Shown here: positions 39,480-51,039 of the stretch, piece by piece
How the letters are laid out: each line of letters begins with the position of its first letter
Position numbering within the stretch: the stretch's first letter is position 1
Assembly: GCF_006345805.1 (NCBI RefSeq)
Contig: NC_043005.1
Coordinates: 54,250,001 to 54,314,000 of the forward strand
Origin: Octopus sinensis
Lineage: Eukaryota
Reading direction: 5' to 3'
Length of the DNA stretch: 64,000 nucleotides
Position numbers and translations under genes: made by a program
The notes under the pieces: model-generated
Told to the model about the DNA's origin: nothing
Seen by the model: the letters and a program-made list of their open reading frames with translations, nothing else
Database searches by the model: none

Positions 39480-42200
39480 CAGCAGTTTAAGAATTTGGAC
39501 CTGGAGATCTCCATTTCCAGCGACTTCGAGGGCCACCTCCCAGTGGTGTTGGGGATCAACGAAGAGCCCTCGACTACAACAAGACGACCAAAGTTTTTTT
39601 TTCCAAGGTCTAGGGTCTGCCGCCCACCACCAACAGCAGCAGCAGCTGTTCAAGAATTTGGACCTGGAATCTCCATTTCCTGTGACTTCGAGGGTCACCT
39701 CCCAGTGGTGTCGGGCATCAATCAACGAAGAGCCCTCGACTACAACAAGACGACCAAATTTTTTTGTCCAAGCTCAGGGGTCTCCCGCCCCTAAGCCCTA
39801 GACCATCACCTAATCACCTTTACCCGTCTTGTTGCTTAAAAAACAACAATTGTAACTACAACAACAGCAACGACGACGACAACAAAAACAATAACAAAAA
39901 TAAAAGGTTTGATGATGTAGCGAACACAAAGAGAGAGATATTTGTCATACCACTCGATGATAAAATGCATGAACTCACAAAAGCAAATGGTATCATTAAT
40001 TTAAGGGTGGTAAGGATGCAGTGCTCGAACCTCCTGAAATAACAGAGGCAAAAGAGAGGAAGGCAATTTATTTCAGATGTGTATCATGCAAAATTTGAGG
40101 GCTGAAATAGCGTCCATCAGGCCCTCAGAGAAATTTTAATAGATGTGACCCATATACAGAGCGGGTGGGGGCAGTTTGTCAGCATTGAGGTTCTCTTTGA
40201 AAGTGAGGGCCTCCTGCGATGACATGCAGTATCACCCCGGTGGGTCCTGTATCCCACCTACCTCTTAAAGAGAACAGTTAGAATCAGAGTAAACGGTGTA
40301 CGACCGGGTATAAACGTCTTTTGAACTGTTACTTGGGGAAAAGAGCAGCATGGAGAACTGGTGTGGGATCAACTTGGAAATATTTGTAGTGATCCTATAA
40401 CGGTGCGCGCGCGCGCACCGCCCATTTTCTATTTCGCGCGTGCGAGTGTTGGTGCCTTCACCAAGGCACAGAAAGGAAGGGCCCTCTCGTGCATGCGCGA
40501 ACCACCGGAAGCACGACCCTTTTGCCTACGTGGTAGTTAGCCAAGGCAAGGGGGTCGTAGAACGTTTGACCACTAGCAGCAGTCAGCGGGGACTTGGGAC
40601 GGCAGCGACCGAAGGCGACGGTCACGATATTTTTCTCTCCGTCCGGACTAGATTCTAGCAGCACCATACCAAAAGGCCTTTAACCAAATTGTTGCCGACC
40701 ACATTCATCTTCCCTGTTCCGGACGCCATCTTTAACCCGTTCTGTTTTTAGCGGCTGAACATTGTAAATATTACAATCCATTAACTTTCAGCCTTGCGCG
40801 CCCAGAACCAAGGACATCAGATAACCACTTATTGTTACTGTTACCAAGAAAGAGAATAAAGTAGTATATATATCTTTTACGTCTGCGTCTTGTTGTTTCT
40901 GACTAGTAGAGAATCTGGATTATTAAAGCAACGGCTAGTGATTGCTTTCTTGTACCCCGAAAGTACAAGAGAGAATATATTCAATCACTAAGTACGTTAC
41001 ATATTAATCCATGTGAAAACAGAAAAAACGTTGAGAAGATCCCGGACCTGATCCAGCTGCCCAACAGGGTGGAACTGTGTATTATCGTGGAAGGCATGAA
41101 GCTCAGACGCAACATCTATGGGTTCACAAGCCACCTGAGAGCCTTCTGCTCCCAAAAGTTGGGAGGTACGCGGCCACACCTGCAGCCTACATCGCACCCC
41201 TAGCAACAGCAACAGCAACAACAACAACAACAAAGAGTGAACCCCATAGAATGGAGAAAACTACCCAGGATATCTGTCAAACCAGCCTCTCTCTCTCAAG
41301 CATACACTCACACCAACACGCTCACACTACCAAAGACACACTCACATTCCCAGAGACAGATACTAGTCCCTCCCTATCCCGCAGTGAAGATGAGAAACAA
41401 ACTTACAAAGCAAAAAGCCCTGCAAAAGACAAAACAAAAAGAATACAGACGAACCTACACCAACACCTGAAAACACAGAAATCCCCAGCACGTCGAACAT
41501 AGACACAGCAAAAACAACACCAGCATCACCATCCTCACAAGCACCACTACTACTCCAACCAAATGCACCAATGCTCTCAATACTACATGTATCCCACAAA
41601 AGAAAGCCCAGGGGCGGGGCGGCCAGATTTCTTCAGACGTTTGGAGGTCTTCCTTGGGACATTACGCTCCTTAATGTTAGTGAGTGACTGGAATGCCATC
41701 TTGGACACACGCCTGGATAGGGTGGGGCTAGCTGATAGGAGAGGTGGGAGAAAAAGCCTCACAAACCTACTCAGCCGCTGTCAGTTGGCTGGTAGGTAGC
41801 ATCTGGATTTCCCGAATGCACTAATGTGGACATGAGCGAACCGAATTGGATTTTCCAGATCGTGTCTAGATATAGTATTTTGTAGGCCTGTAGACAGAAG
41901 TAGAATAAGTTGTCCTGTATGGTTGACATAGATAGGATCTATAGATAGGGCTCTGGAAACTGGAAGCTGAACGAGTCCTTCCCAACGCGGCAAGCTTTCA
42001 GAGACTAGGTTATCAAGTTAGTCCATCGAGAGTTTGCGGGTTCAATCGTCAACAGCCATTAGTGGATAGCCCTGAAAAGGGCTATTGGAGTAGAGGCGGT
42101 CGGTTTTAATAAGGAAATAGTGTTAGAGGAATCTAGGATAGAGGGACACCTAGTTAGGAAGCTAGAAGAGGCGAGATGGTTCTTGATCAATTGTTCAATG
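39480..42200 (+). mobile_element. L1/Tx1-type LINE remnant: repeated 5' region, ORF1 (with degenerate zinc knuckle) and APE endonuclease
   Basis: ORF1 frame ...YPTYLLKRTVRIRVNGVRPG...LGNI|NPCENRKNVEKIPDLIQLP..CIIVEG..GFTSHLRAFC. APE-like LVSDWNAILDTRLDR...MWT...SCLDIVF...GNWKLNES. Confidence 0.7.
40385..41001 (+). mobile_element. Solo LTR, 617 bp, CpG-rich, 4-bp TSD
   Basis: Begins TGTA and ends TACA, with TATT at 40381-40384 and 41002-41005. Removing it plus one TSD rejoins the LINE ORF1 in frame (gga aat att aat cca). AATAAA lies near 40855. Orientation is inferred from the AATAAA position. Confidence 0.85.
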
Positions 42201-42229
42201 CTAAGCACAAAAGTTGCATTGTCAGAGCT

Positions 42230-42576
42230 ATGGTGCATTGGTTGAGATTGGCTACTGTTGTATGGGGAATCTGTACACCCCCGTGATTGGCTAAGTGAAC
42301 TATACTAGTTAATATAAATGAGCATGCACAGAACAGTCTGAGAAGAGTGTCATATGTGCAGTCAAGGTGTACAGGTCATAAGAATTATTAAATAGAGATA
42401 TCGTGGAGTGTTTGTTGAAGATACACAGTTGGAGAGTAATAAGAAAACATCAGGAAAGTTTGGTATTATAAAAGTTCAGATTATAACAATGACGACGGGA
42501 AGCCATACGTCATATCAGCTACCCTTGTCGTCACCTCCTCCCAGTTCTTGTCCACCTGGTGATCTGAACCAAACCA
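42230..42576 (-). mobile_element. Inverted L1/Tx1-type ORF2 fragment split by the 262-bp LTR
   Basis: The minus strand reads WFGSDHQVDKNWEEVTTRVA|NLNQ across the excised LTR, resembling the post-RT region of Tx1-type ORF2 (recalled similarity, not searched). Confidence 0.5.
42256..42517. mobile_element. Solo LTR, 262 bp, 5-bp TSD
   Basis: Begins TGTTGTATG and ends CATATCA, with GCTAC at 42251-42255 and 42518-42522. Confidence 0.8.
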
Positions 42577-42749
42577 GATTAATGAAAATATTACATCATT
42601 ATAAAAAAAACCGTTTTCATCAAATGAATTCATGGACATTCAAAATGATTTAACATAGTTAAACATAACTATTATTTCAATTGACAGTTTATGTCAACTG
42701 AAATTGCCATAATAGGTTGACATCTGTACCTCCACTGTTACTCATTCAT

Positions 42750-42789
<40 letters not shown>

Positions 42790-42791
<2 letters not shown>

Positions 42792-43211
42792 GGGGGGCAA
42801 ACAAGGACAGACATACGGGTTAAGTCAATGATATCGTCCCCAGTGCGTAACTGGTACTTAATTTATAGACCCCAAAAGGAGGAAAGGCAAAGTCGACCTC
42901 GGTGGAATTTGAACACAGAACGTAACGGTAGACGAAATACGGCAGCATATTTCGCCCAGCGTGCTAACGTTTCTGCCAGCTCGCCGCCTTGTGTGTGTCT
43001 GTAACCCCTTGTGGGCAGTAAAGAAATAGGTATTTTGTCTGTCATTACGTTCTGAGTTCAAATTCCGCCGAGGTTGACTTTGCCTTTCATCCTTTCGGGG
43101 TCGATAAATAAAGTACCAGTTTCTCACTGGGATCGATGTAATCAACTTAATCCCTTTGTCTGTCTTTGTTTGCCCCCTTTGTGTGTAGCCCCTTGTGGGC
43201 AGTAAAGAAAT
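42790..43211. mobile_element. Head-to-head pair of second-family SINEs (minus 42790-42990, plus 43004-43211)
   Basis: gaatttgaacacagaacgtaac on the left and gttctgagttcaaattccgccgagg on the right. Confidence 0.85.
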
Positions 43212-43954
43212 ACATATTCTATATATACATATATATGTGTATGTACGTATATAAATGGGTGTTTTACGGCTGCTGTCTGGCTAAATCACTCATAAAGCAT
43301 TGGTCAGTCGGTCAGCATAAGGCTGTAATGGAAGACACTTTCCCATGGCTTTGAACCTGAAACTACATGTTGTAAAATAGGCTTCTTAACCACATAGCCA
43401 TGTCTGTGCCTGCGGTGCAATTAATTTTTGAAGCTAATCAAAAATTTGGAAGAATTTAATACAGTATCATTTTCATTATGAAACTAATGTTTAGAACATA
43501 ATTTAATAAAATAATAAACACTTTAAAATGAGAGGTTATGTTACATAGAACCAGAAGTGGTCTCAGGAGTTGGGGTTGTGATATCAAATGCATTAAACTG
43601 AGTAAACCACTCCCTTATAAAATGTATGGTCCTACTTAGAATGAATGTAAAGTATTTTATAAATGAATAAAGTTTGTTGACTCCTGGAATAATTAGAACA
43701 TCAGACAAAAATGGCTTTGTGATTTATTTCAATGCTGCTGAGTTCAGCTTTGTCTTTCTTTCATCTGAGGTCAATAGAATAAGTACCAGTCAGGTACTGG
43801 AATTGATGTATTCAGCTAACCTCCTGTCCCCAAACTTTAGGCTTTGTACCTATTATAGAAATTATTATTATTATTATTGTTATTGTTGCTGCTGTTGCTG
43901 TTTTTGTTGCTGGAGTAATTGATGTCTTCATTATTATTAGTACTATTGATTTTA

Positions 43955-44020
<66 letters not shown>

Positions 44021-44198
44021 TATTATATTATTATCATTCTGAGTTCAAATTCCACCAAGGTTGACTTTGCTTCTCATCCTTTCAAGATCAATAAATTAAG
44101 TACCAGTGAAACACTGGGGTTAATGTAATCAACAAGTCCCCTCCTCCAAATTTAAGGCCTTGTGCCTATAGTTGAAAGGATTATTATTATCATCATCA

Positions 44199-44242
<44 letters not shown>

Positions 44243-44796
44243 GAGTGAGAGAGCAGTTCATGCCATCAAAGTGACACTGGGGTGAAATATACGAAGCCCA
44301 ATATACCCATCATGACTACCCGTCTGATAAGGGTACACCAGGCACATGCATCACAACCATATGTGCGCGACATGGTGATCTCATATCAAGATAAACAGCA
44401 CATGACCTTGCAGTTGGGGCCCAGTTAGAATTTTCTTCAGGTTGAGTTGCCCATCCCGCTCAAAAGGTCCCTGAATAAGGGTTGTTTAAGGATGTTGAAA
44501 GAACCACCCATGTTTCCAGAGGTGAATTATTCAAACTCCAAAGAATCCCTCTCAACACATGGCTATGATGCTCCCCCACTACTTCTGCTCGTGATCAGAG
44601 ATGCACACATCGTCAGCCACTAAGGGACATGCTCAACTGGTTAAAGTCAAACAACTGACAAGCAAATCTGTGGTATTGAGCAGAATATTTGCTGTAGCCC
44701 ATCTTTTATACCAAGACAAAACAATGTACATGATAACACTTCCAATCAGTTAAGATCAGAAGCCATGAGAGCCACTGCCTGGTACTGCATCAGGGC

Positions 44797-44800
<4 letters not shown>
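44243..44800 (-). mobile_element. ~558-bp non-coding element embedded in (TAA)n on both sides
   Basis: A complex sequence block with sharp boundaries against (TTA)n tracts and no ORF in the track. Orientation is assumed from the neighbouring R4/Dong element. Confidence 0.55.
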
Positions 44801-44835
<35 letters not shown>

Positions 44836-44850
44836 GATTATTATTATTAT

Positions 44851-45286
44851 TCAGTAGTTTTATTTTTATATCATGCTTTCACTTCACTACCGAGCACAGC
44901 TCTGTGTGCCTTGGGTATGTGCTGTGATTTGTTGTGATGCTCTGATGGTTACTGTATTGAAAGTGTTCTGCATAGGATGTGTGCAGTACCCAGAAGTGCA
45001 ATTTTATACGTGTTTGTAAGTCCTGGTGTTTTTGCTACATATTTGTCTGGATATTTTTTTTTATCATGCCTAATGCACCTACTATGATAGGAATTGTTTC
45101 TGTTTTTAGATTCCACATTCTGGTTACCTCTATTTCCAGGTCTTTGTATTTTGAAAGTTTCCCCATTTCTTTTAGAGACACATTGTCATCTGCTGGTATT
45201 GATACATCAATTAGAAAGCATTTTTTTTTCTTCATGATCTCTGACAACTATATCTGGCCTATTGATCTTAATTTCTCTATTTGTGT
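44851..45286 (-). mobile_element. R4/Dong-type LINE 3' end (restriction-like endonuclease + 3' UTR), 5'-truncated
   Basis: NRPDIVVRDHEEKKCFLIDVSIPADDNVSLKEMGKLSKYKDLEIEV...IIVGALG is a PD-(D/E)xK RLE domain. Both ends abut (TAA)n. Confidence 0.88.
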
Positions 45287-45290
45287 ATTA

Positions 45291-45365
<75 letters not shown>

Positions 45366-45366
<1 letters not shown>

Positions 45367-45575
45367 GGCAGTGAATTGGTAGAATTGTTAGAATGCTGGA
45401 TGAAATGCTCAGTGGTATTTTGCCCATTGCTACGTTCTGAGTTCAAATTCTGCCGAGGTTGACATTGTCTTCATCCTTTGTGGTCGATAAATGAAGTTCC
45501 AGTAAAACACTGGAGTTGCCGTAATTGACTCACCACCCACCCAAAATGGCTGGTGTTGTGCCAAAATTTGAAGCC
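45366..45575 (+). mobile_element. Second-family tRNA-derived SINE
   Basis: ggcagtgaattggtagaattgttag...acgttctgagttcaaattctgccgagg. Confidence 0.8.
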
Positions 45576-45698
45576 ATTACTATTATTATTATTATTATTA
45601 TTATTATCATTATTATTATTATTATTATTAAGGTAGTATGTGTGTGTGTTTATGTATGTAAGAATGTATGCATGTATGTTTGTATGTATTTATGCATG

Positions 45699-45735
<37 letters not shown>

Positions 45736-46238
45736 GCATGTATGTATGTATTTATGTATGCATGCATGAATACAAAGACAAACAGAGATAGCGAGGTAAA
45801 AACACAAGTGTGTGTGCACGCGCACGCGTGCATATACAAATATAGATACATTTATTTGTTCCAGAGATGCCTCGTTTTTGCAATATGAAAGTTCAATGAT
45901 GTGATACAGTTTATAAATGAATCAAGGGGAAAATAAAAGCGACAGAAACTTAAATTTCAAAAACGTCTTCATGCAAATAACCGAATACATTAAAATATTC
46001 AGATGTCATTGATCATCTGTGCAATGAAATATCTTCAATGGGAAGGTTTCAGCTTAATTTACTTTTAAAACTAAATTAATGCTTTCACGTGTGACTGTTT
46101 ATGTACCTAAACATGTATATATATGTATGTATAAATGTATAAATGTATATAGCTGTGTATTTCTGCATATAGCACACATTTTACTTAAATGTGCGTATGT
46201 GTGTGCATATGCATATATATATTTGTGTGTGTGAGTGT

Positions 46239-46304
<66 letters not shown>

Positions 46305-47019
46305 TTGTGTCTCCTCATGTTGATATAATGGGATAGTGGTAAACGAGTGTCATGATCACTGAAGCATATGTCATTCATTTATGACCTTTCATGAAACATG
46401 TCTAGTCATAAGAAGATATTACTTTGCTTAGCAAACAAACAAAAAACAAAAACAAAAATGAGGGTCATAACTGGAAGGGCATCTGGCTATAGAAGGTTTT
46501 TCCTCTATGAATTCCATCTGACTCATGCAGGCAAGGAAAAAATGTGGATGATGAGGAGGAGGAAAATTAGGACTGTACATATTCTTTCACTTGCTTCAGT
46601 CATTTGACTGTGGTCATGCTGCAGCACTGCCTTGAAGGGTTTTAGTCCAACAAATCAACCCCAGGACTTACTTCTTAAGCCTAGTACTTATTTCATTGTT
46701 TACTTTTGCTAAGTTACAGGGATGTAAATGCACCAATACCAGTTGTCAACCAATGATGGGGGTACAAACACATACACAAAGATACACACACATGGATATA
46801 TACATATATATCATCATCATCATCATCATCATAATTTAATGTCTGCTTTCCATGCTGAGGACTGGTGAACAAGATGGCTGCGCCAGGCTCCAATCTGATC
46901 TGTCAAGGTTTCTACAGCTGAATGCCCTTCCTAATGCCAACCACTCCGAGAGTATAGTGGGTGCTTTTACATGCCACCAGCATGAGGGCCAGTCAGGTGG
47001 TACTAACTTCAAGTTAGCC

Positions 47020-48066
47020 AGAAAACTGCTTGCAACCATTTGCATGTAATCAGAAAATGAAAAAAAAACCTGATAAATGGGTACCACATGATTTGAATGA
47101 AAATCAGAAAATGCACAGATATGATATTTGCTTATCACTTCTTCTCCATAATCAGATTGATCCATTTCTTGACTGTATTGTAAATTGTGATGAAAAGTGG
47201 ATTCTGTACAATAATAAAAACGTTCTTTGCAGTGATTGGACTAAAATAAAGCACTGAAGACTATCCTTAAACCCAGGCTCTTCAAAAAAAAAAAAAAAGG
47301 TTATGGTGACTGTTTGGTGGTGTACTGCTGGACTCATTTACTATAACTTCTTAAAACCCAGAAAAACCATTATTGCAGAAGCATCATCATCATCATCATC
47401 ATCGTTTAACGTCCGTTTTCCGCGCTAACACGGGTTGGACGGTTTGACCGGGGTCTGGGAAGCCAGGGCCTGCACCAGGCTCCAGTCTGATCTGGCAGAG
47501 TTTCTACAGCTGGATGCCCTTCCTAACGCCAACCACTCCGCGAGTGTAGTGGGTGCTTTTTACGTGCCACCTGCACAGGTGCCAGGGGGGTCCGGCATCG
47601 GCCACGATCAGTTGGAGCTTTTAACGTGCCACCGAAGCAAAGGAATGAAAAACTGCTACTACTCCTCTGTCCCAGACTGGTTGACAGAAAAGGACCAATC
47701 ATTTTTTCGTGACAATGCTCCACCACACATTTCACTAATGACGCTCCAGAAGGAGGGAACTTGGCTACATTGTTCTTGCCCACCCAGCTTAATCCCTAGA
47801 CCATTCTCCTAGTGACTACCACTTTTTCAAGCACTTTGATGGTTTCCTGCAAGAGAAGGAATTCAAAATTCGAACCAATGCTGAAAATCCATTCAAAGAG
47901 TTCATCAGCTCCAGAACTCCAGATTTTTATGTTAACAGAATAAACAAGCTTAAAACTCATCAGAAAAATTGTGTTGATTGTAATAGTACTTATTTTGATG
48001 AATAAAATTTCTATAAATATGAATTTTATGTTTCAAAACGTTGCTTACTTTTTACTCAGCTTGATA
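47020..48066 (+). mobile_element. Mariner-type transposase remnant interrupted by an RTE tail
   Basis: KWVPHDL; IVNCDEKWILYNN; LVDRKGPIIFRDNAPPH; SPSDYHFF; C-terminus YFDE*. The right end is tactttttactcagcttgata. Confidence 0.88.
47384..47633 (-). mobile_element. Young RTE-type 3' tail inserted in the mariner, 6-bp TSD
   Basis: GAAGCA at 47378-47383 and 47634-47639; (CAT)n tail; CpG-rich. Confidence 0.85.
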
Positions 48067-49017
48067 TATAGATGTCTATATTTCATCATATATAGATATC
48101 TATATTTCAGTCTTTCTTTCTCTCTGTTTACATGTTTGCATGTAATTATATTTTGTATATCTAACCCATGCAGTGTTATTTGTTTGCATCATTATCTCTC
48201 TCTCTCTCTCTCACACACACATACACACACACACACACACACATATATATAGAGAGAGAGATAGAGTGATAGATATACATAGTTATAGGTATATACGTAT
48301 ATTAAAATGCATGCACACACACACATACACATACAACTTACATTCCTGCACATATACATACATAAATGAAAATTATGAGCTAAGACAAAAAACTCAGGGT
48401 GGCCAATAGCATGGATACAAACAATAAACACTAATAAATGTCTCTCAAATACCATACAGTATAAATTCTTTGATTTATAGAAATTATCTTTCCTTTCTGA
48501 CAGGAATAAACAGATGTCTTGAGGCAACTGAATGCAAACAAGAAAAACTAATGTCAAGAAACAAAATTCTTTAAAACTGACATGTTGTTGAAGAAAAGAC
48601 AGCCTACTTATGTGAAAACAAGAGGACAACTATGGATACATGTTTCAGCTTCAGAAGACATCATCAGTATGCTAGTTGTCCTACATTGAATCTAGAAATT
48701 GAGCTACTTAAACATGTTTGTGTGTGTGCATGTGTGTCTTTGCGTGTGTATACATACACACATCATCATTATATATATATCATCATCATCATCATTATCA
48801 TCGTTTAGTATCCGCTTTCCATGCTGGCATGGGTTGGATGATTTGATGGAGAACTGGCAAACCAGATGGCTGCACCAGGCTCCAATCTGATCTGGCAGAG
48901 TTTTTACAGCTGGATGCCTTTCCTAATGCCAACCACTCCAAGAGTGTAGTGGATGCTTTCATGTGCCATTGACATGAGGGCCAGTCGGGTTGTACTATAT
49001 ATATAGATATATCATCA

Positions 49018-49249
49018 ACTCTTACTCTTTTACTTGTTTCAGTCATTTGACTGTGGCCATGCTGGAGCACTGCCTTCAGTCGAACAAATTGACCCCAGAG
49101 CTTATTCTTTGTAAGCCTAGTACTTATTCTATCAGTCTCCTTTGCCGAACTGCTAAGTTACAAGGACGTAAACATACCAGCATCAGTTGTCAAGTGATGC
49201 TGGGGGACAAACACAGGCACACAAACATATACACGCACATACATATATA

Positions 49250-49310
<61 letters not shown>

Positions 49311-49482
49311 ATACATATACGAATGGCTTCTTTCAGTTTACGTCTACCAAATCCACTCACAAGGCTTTGGTCGACCTGAGGCTAAAGTAGAAGACACTTG
49401 CACAAGGTGCCACATAGTGGGACTGAACCCAGGACCATGTGGTTGGTAAGCAAGCTACTTACCACACAGCCACTCCTGCACC
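49018..49482 (-). mobile_element. Composite tRNA-derived SINE (CORE-like)
   Basis: Full head and tail blocks in reverse; an RTE tail is adjacent at ~48800-48990. Confidence 0.9.
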
Positions 49483-49508
49483 TATAAAAAAGCAGACCAG
49501 CCACTAGA

Positions 49509-49576
49509 TGCCGAAAACCGGGATTAAACCGGGGGACCTTTAGATCTTCAATCTAATGCTCTCCCAACTGAGTTAT
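49509..49576 (-). pseudogene. tRNA-Phe-GAA: tRNA-Phe(GAA) pseudogene, 5' acceptor strand lost
   Basis: The minus strand ataactcagttgggagagcattagattgaagatctaaaggtcccccggtttaatcccggttttcggca closely matches eukaryotic tRNA-Phe. Anticodon GAA is at 49547-49549, the T-loop has decayed to TTTAA, there is no CCA, and a T6 run lies ~18 nt downstream. Confidence 0.88.
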
Positions 49577-49763
49577 ATATATATATCATCGTTTGTTAGC
49601 ACCTACATTTTATGCTCTTATGGTTCAGACAGATTTTGATGAAGGGGATATTCTGTGGCTGGATGCTCTTCTAGTCACTAACCCTCACCTGTTTCCATGT
49701 AAAGTAATATTTCCCCAAGAACAAACGTTTTCACAGAAGAGGTACATATATATGGACACACAC

Positions 49764-49798
<35 letters not shown>

Positions 49799-50624
49799 AA
49801 CACAAATACATATACATACATATGCATATGTTCGTATGATTTTATATATGACATATATGTGTATGTATGTATGTATGTATGTATGTTTGTAGGTATGTGT
49901 GTATGTATAGGTATATGTGTATGTATATGCCCAGAAGCTTTGGCATCACATCAACATTTTCATGCTTTGTAGCATTTTGGCGTTTTAACAACAAATAGAA
50001 GAGAAGACAGTTGATTTTGATGAGTAAAACAGAAAATAAGGAACAACTAAATAAGCACACAAAAAAAAATGACTGATAAATAGCAAGAATGATTGAATAA
50101 AAAAGAAAAAGAGAAAGAAAAAGAAGGGAAAGGTAGTAGAGAAATGACAGAAAGAAATAGAAAAAAAAAACGAAAGACAAATATAAATTCAACCAAATTA
50201 AAAGTGATCAGCATAAATGAATTTTTAAAAGCACCAATTAGTATTATATGTTGCATATCCCACTAGCTTCTCCTTCTCACTTTGCTTCTGTAGGCCTGAT
50301 CGCTCAACAGCTTTTAATTTTTGTTGGCTCTTGTTTGTTTTGTTTTTTGTTTTTTTTTGTTTTTTTTGTTTTGTTTTTGTTTTCAAATATGTGGGAATAT
50401 GTGTTGTTAGTGTGTATTAGTGTGTGTTTGTGTGTTGAAGTTGTTCTTTAATGCAGTCATGTTATCTTATAGTTAATTTCTGTCTGCTCTAAGCCGCAAT
50501 TTTCCGCGATTTCCTGTCATTAAACCTTTTCCAAGTAATTTGAATTCTTGATATTCTGACGGACATTATCGTTGTTGTTATCATTATTATTATTATTATT
50601 ACTATTATTATTATTATTTTATTT

Positions 50625-50780
50625 TGGTTTGAGTCAGGTTCAGTCTTATTCCTGGTGGGACTTAATGAGGGTAGCGGGTTACTACCTGTAACCTTAGATA
50701 TCCACAAATTCTCAGCAATCTTTCAAGTGCTGAGAACCCTCCTGATAATCCTTGCTGTCCCTAAAAGACAAACTTTCTTC
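50625..50780 (-). mobile_element. Short R4/Dong-type 3' end
   Basis: KVCLLGTARIIRRVLST* plus 3' UTR, lying between (TTA)n and (TTC)n/(TTA)n tracts. Confidence 0.7.
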
Positions 50781-50817
50781 TTCTTCTTCTTCTTATTCTT
50801 CTTCTTATTATTATTAC

Positions 50818-50878
<61 letters not shown>

Positions 50879-50915
50879 TTTGTTATTATTATTATTATTA
50901 TATTATCATTATTAA

Positions 50916-50951
<36 letters not shown>

Positions 50952-50992
50952 CATTATTATTATTATCATCATTATTGCTATTATCATTGTTG

Positions 50993-51039
<47 letters not shown>

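Noticed and set aside
39172-39801. 209-aa plus-strand ORF (and overlapping 195-aa minus ORF) as a host gene
   Set aside because: It is built from trinucleotide runs plus a 163-bp repeat whose two copies are read in different frames. It lies in the 5' region of the LINE remnant.
40385-41001. CpG island as a host-gene promoter
   Set aside because: Its boundaries coincide exactly with a TG..CA element and TSD inside a LINE ORF, so it is a solo LTR.
42480-42560. DDGKPYVIS peptide resembling aldehyde dehydrogenase (DNGKPYVIS)
   Set aside because: The match straddles the LTR end and TSD, the flanking residues do not fit, and a stop follows. It is coincidental.
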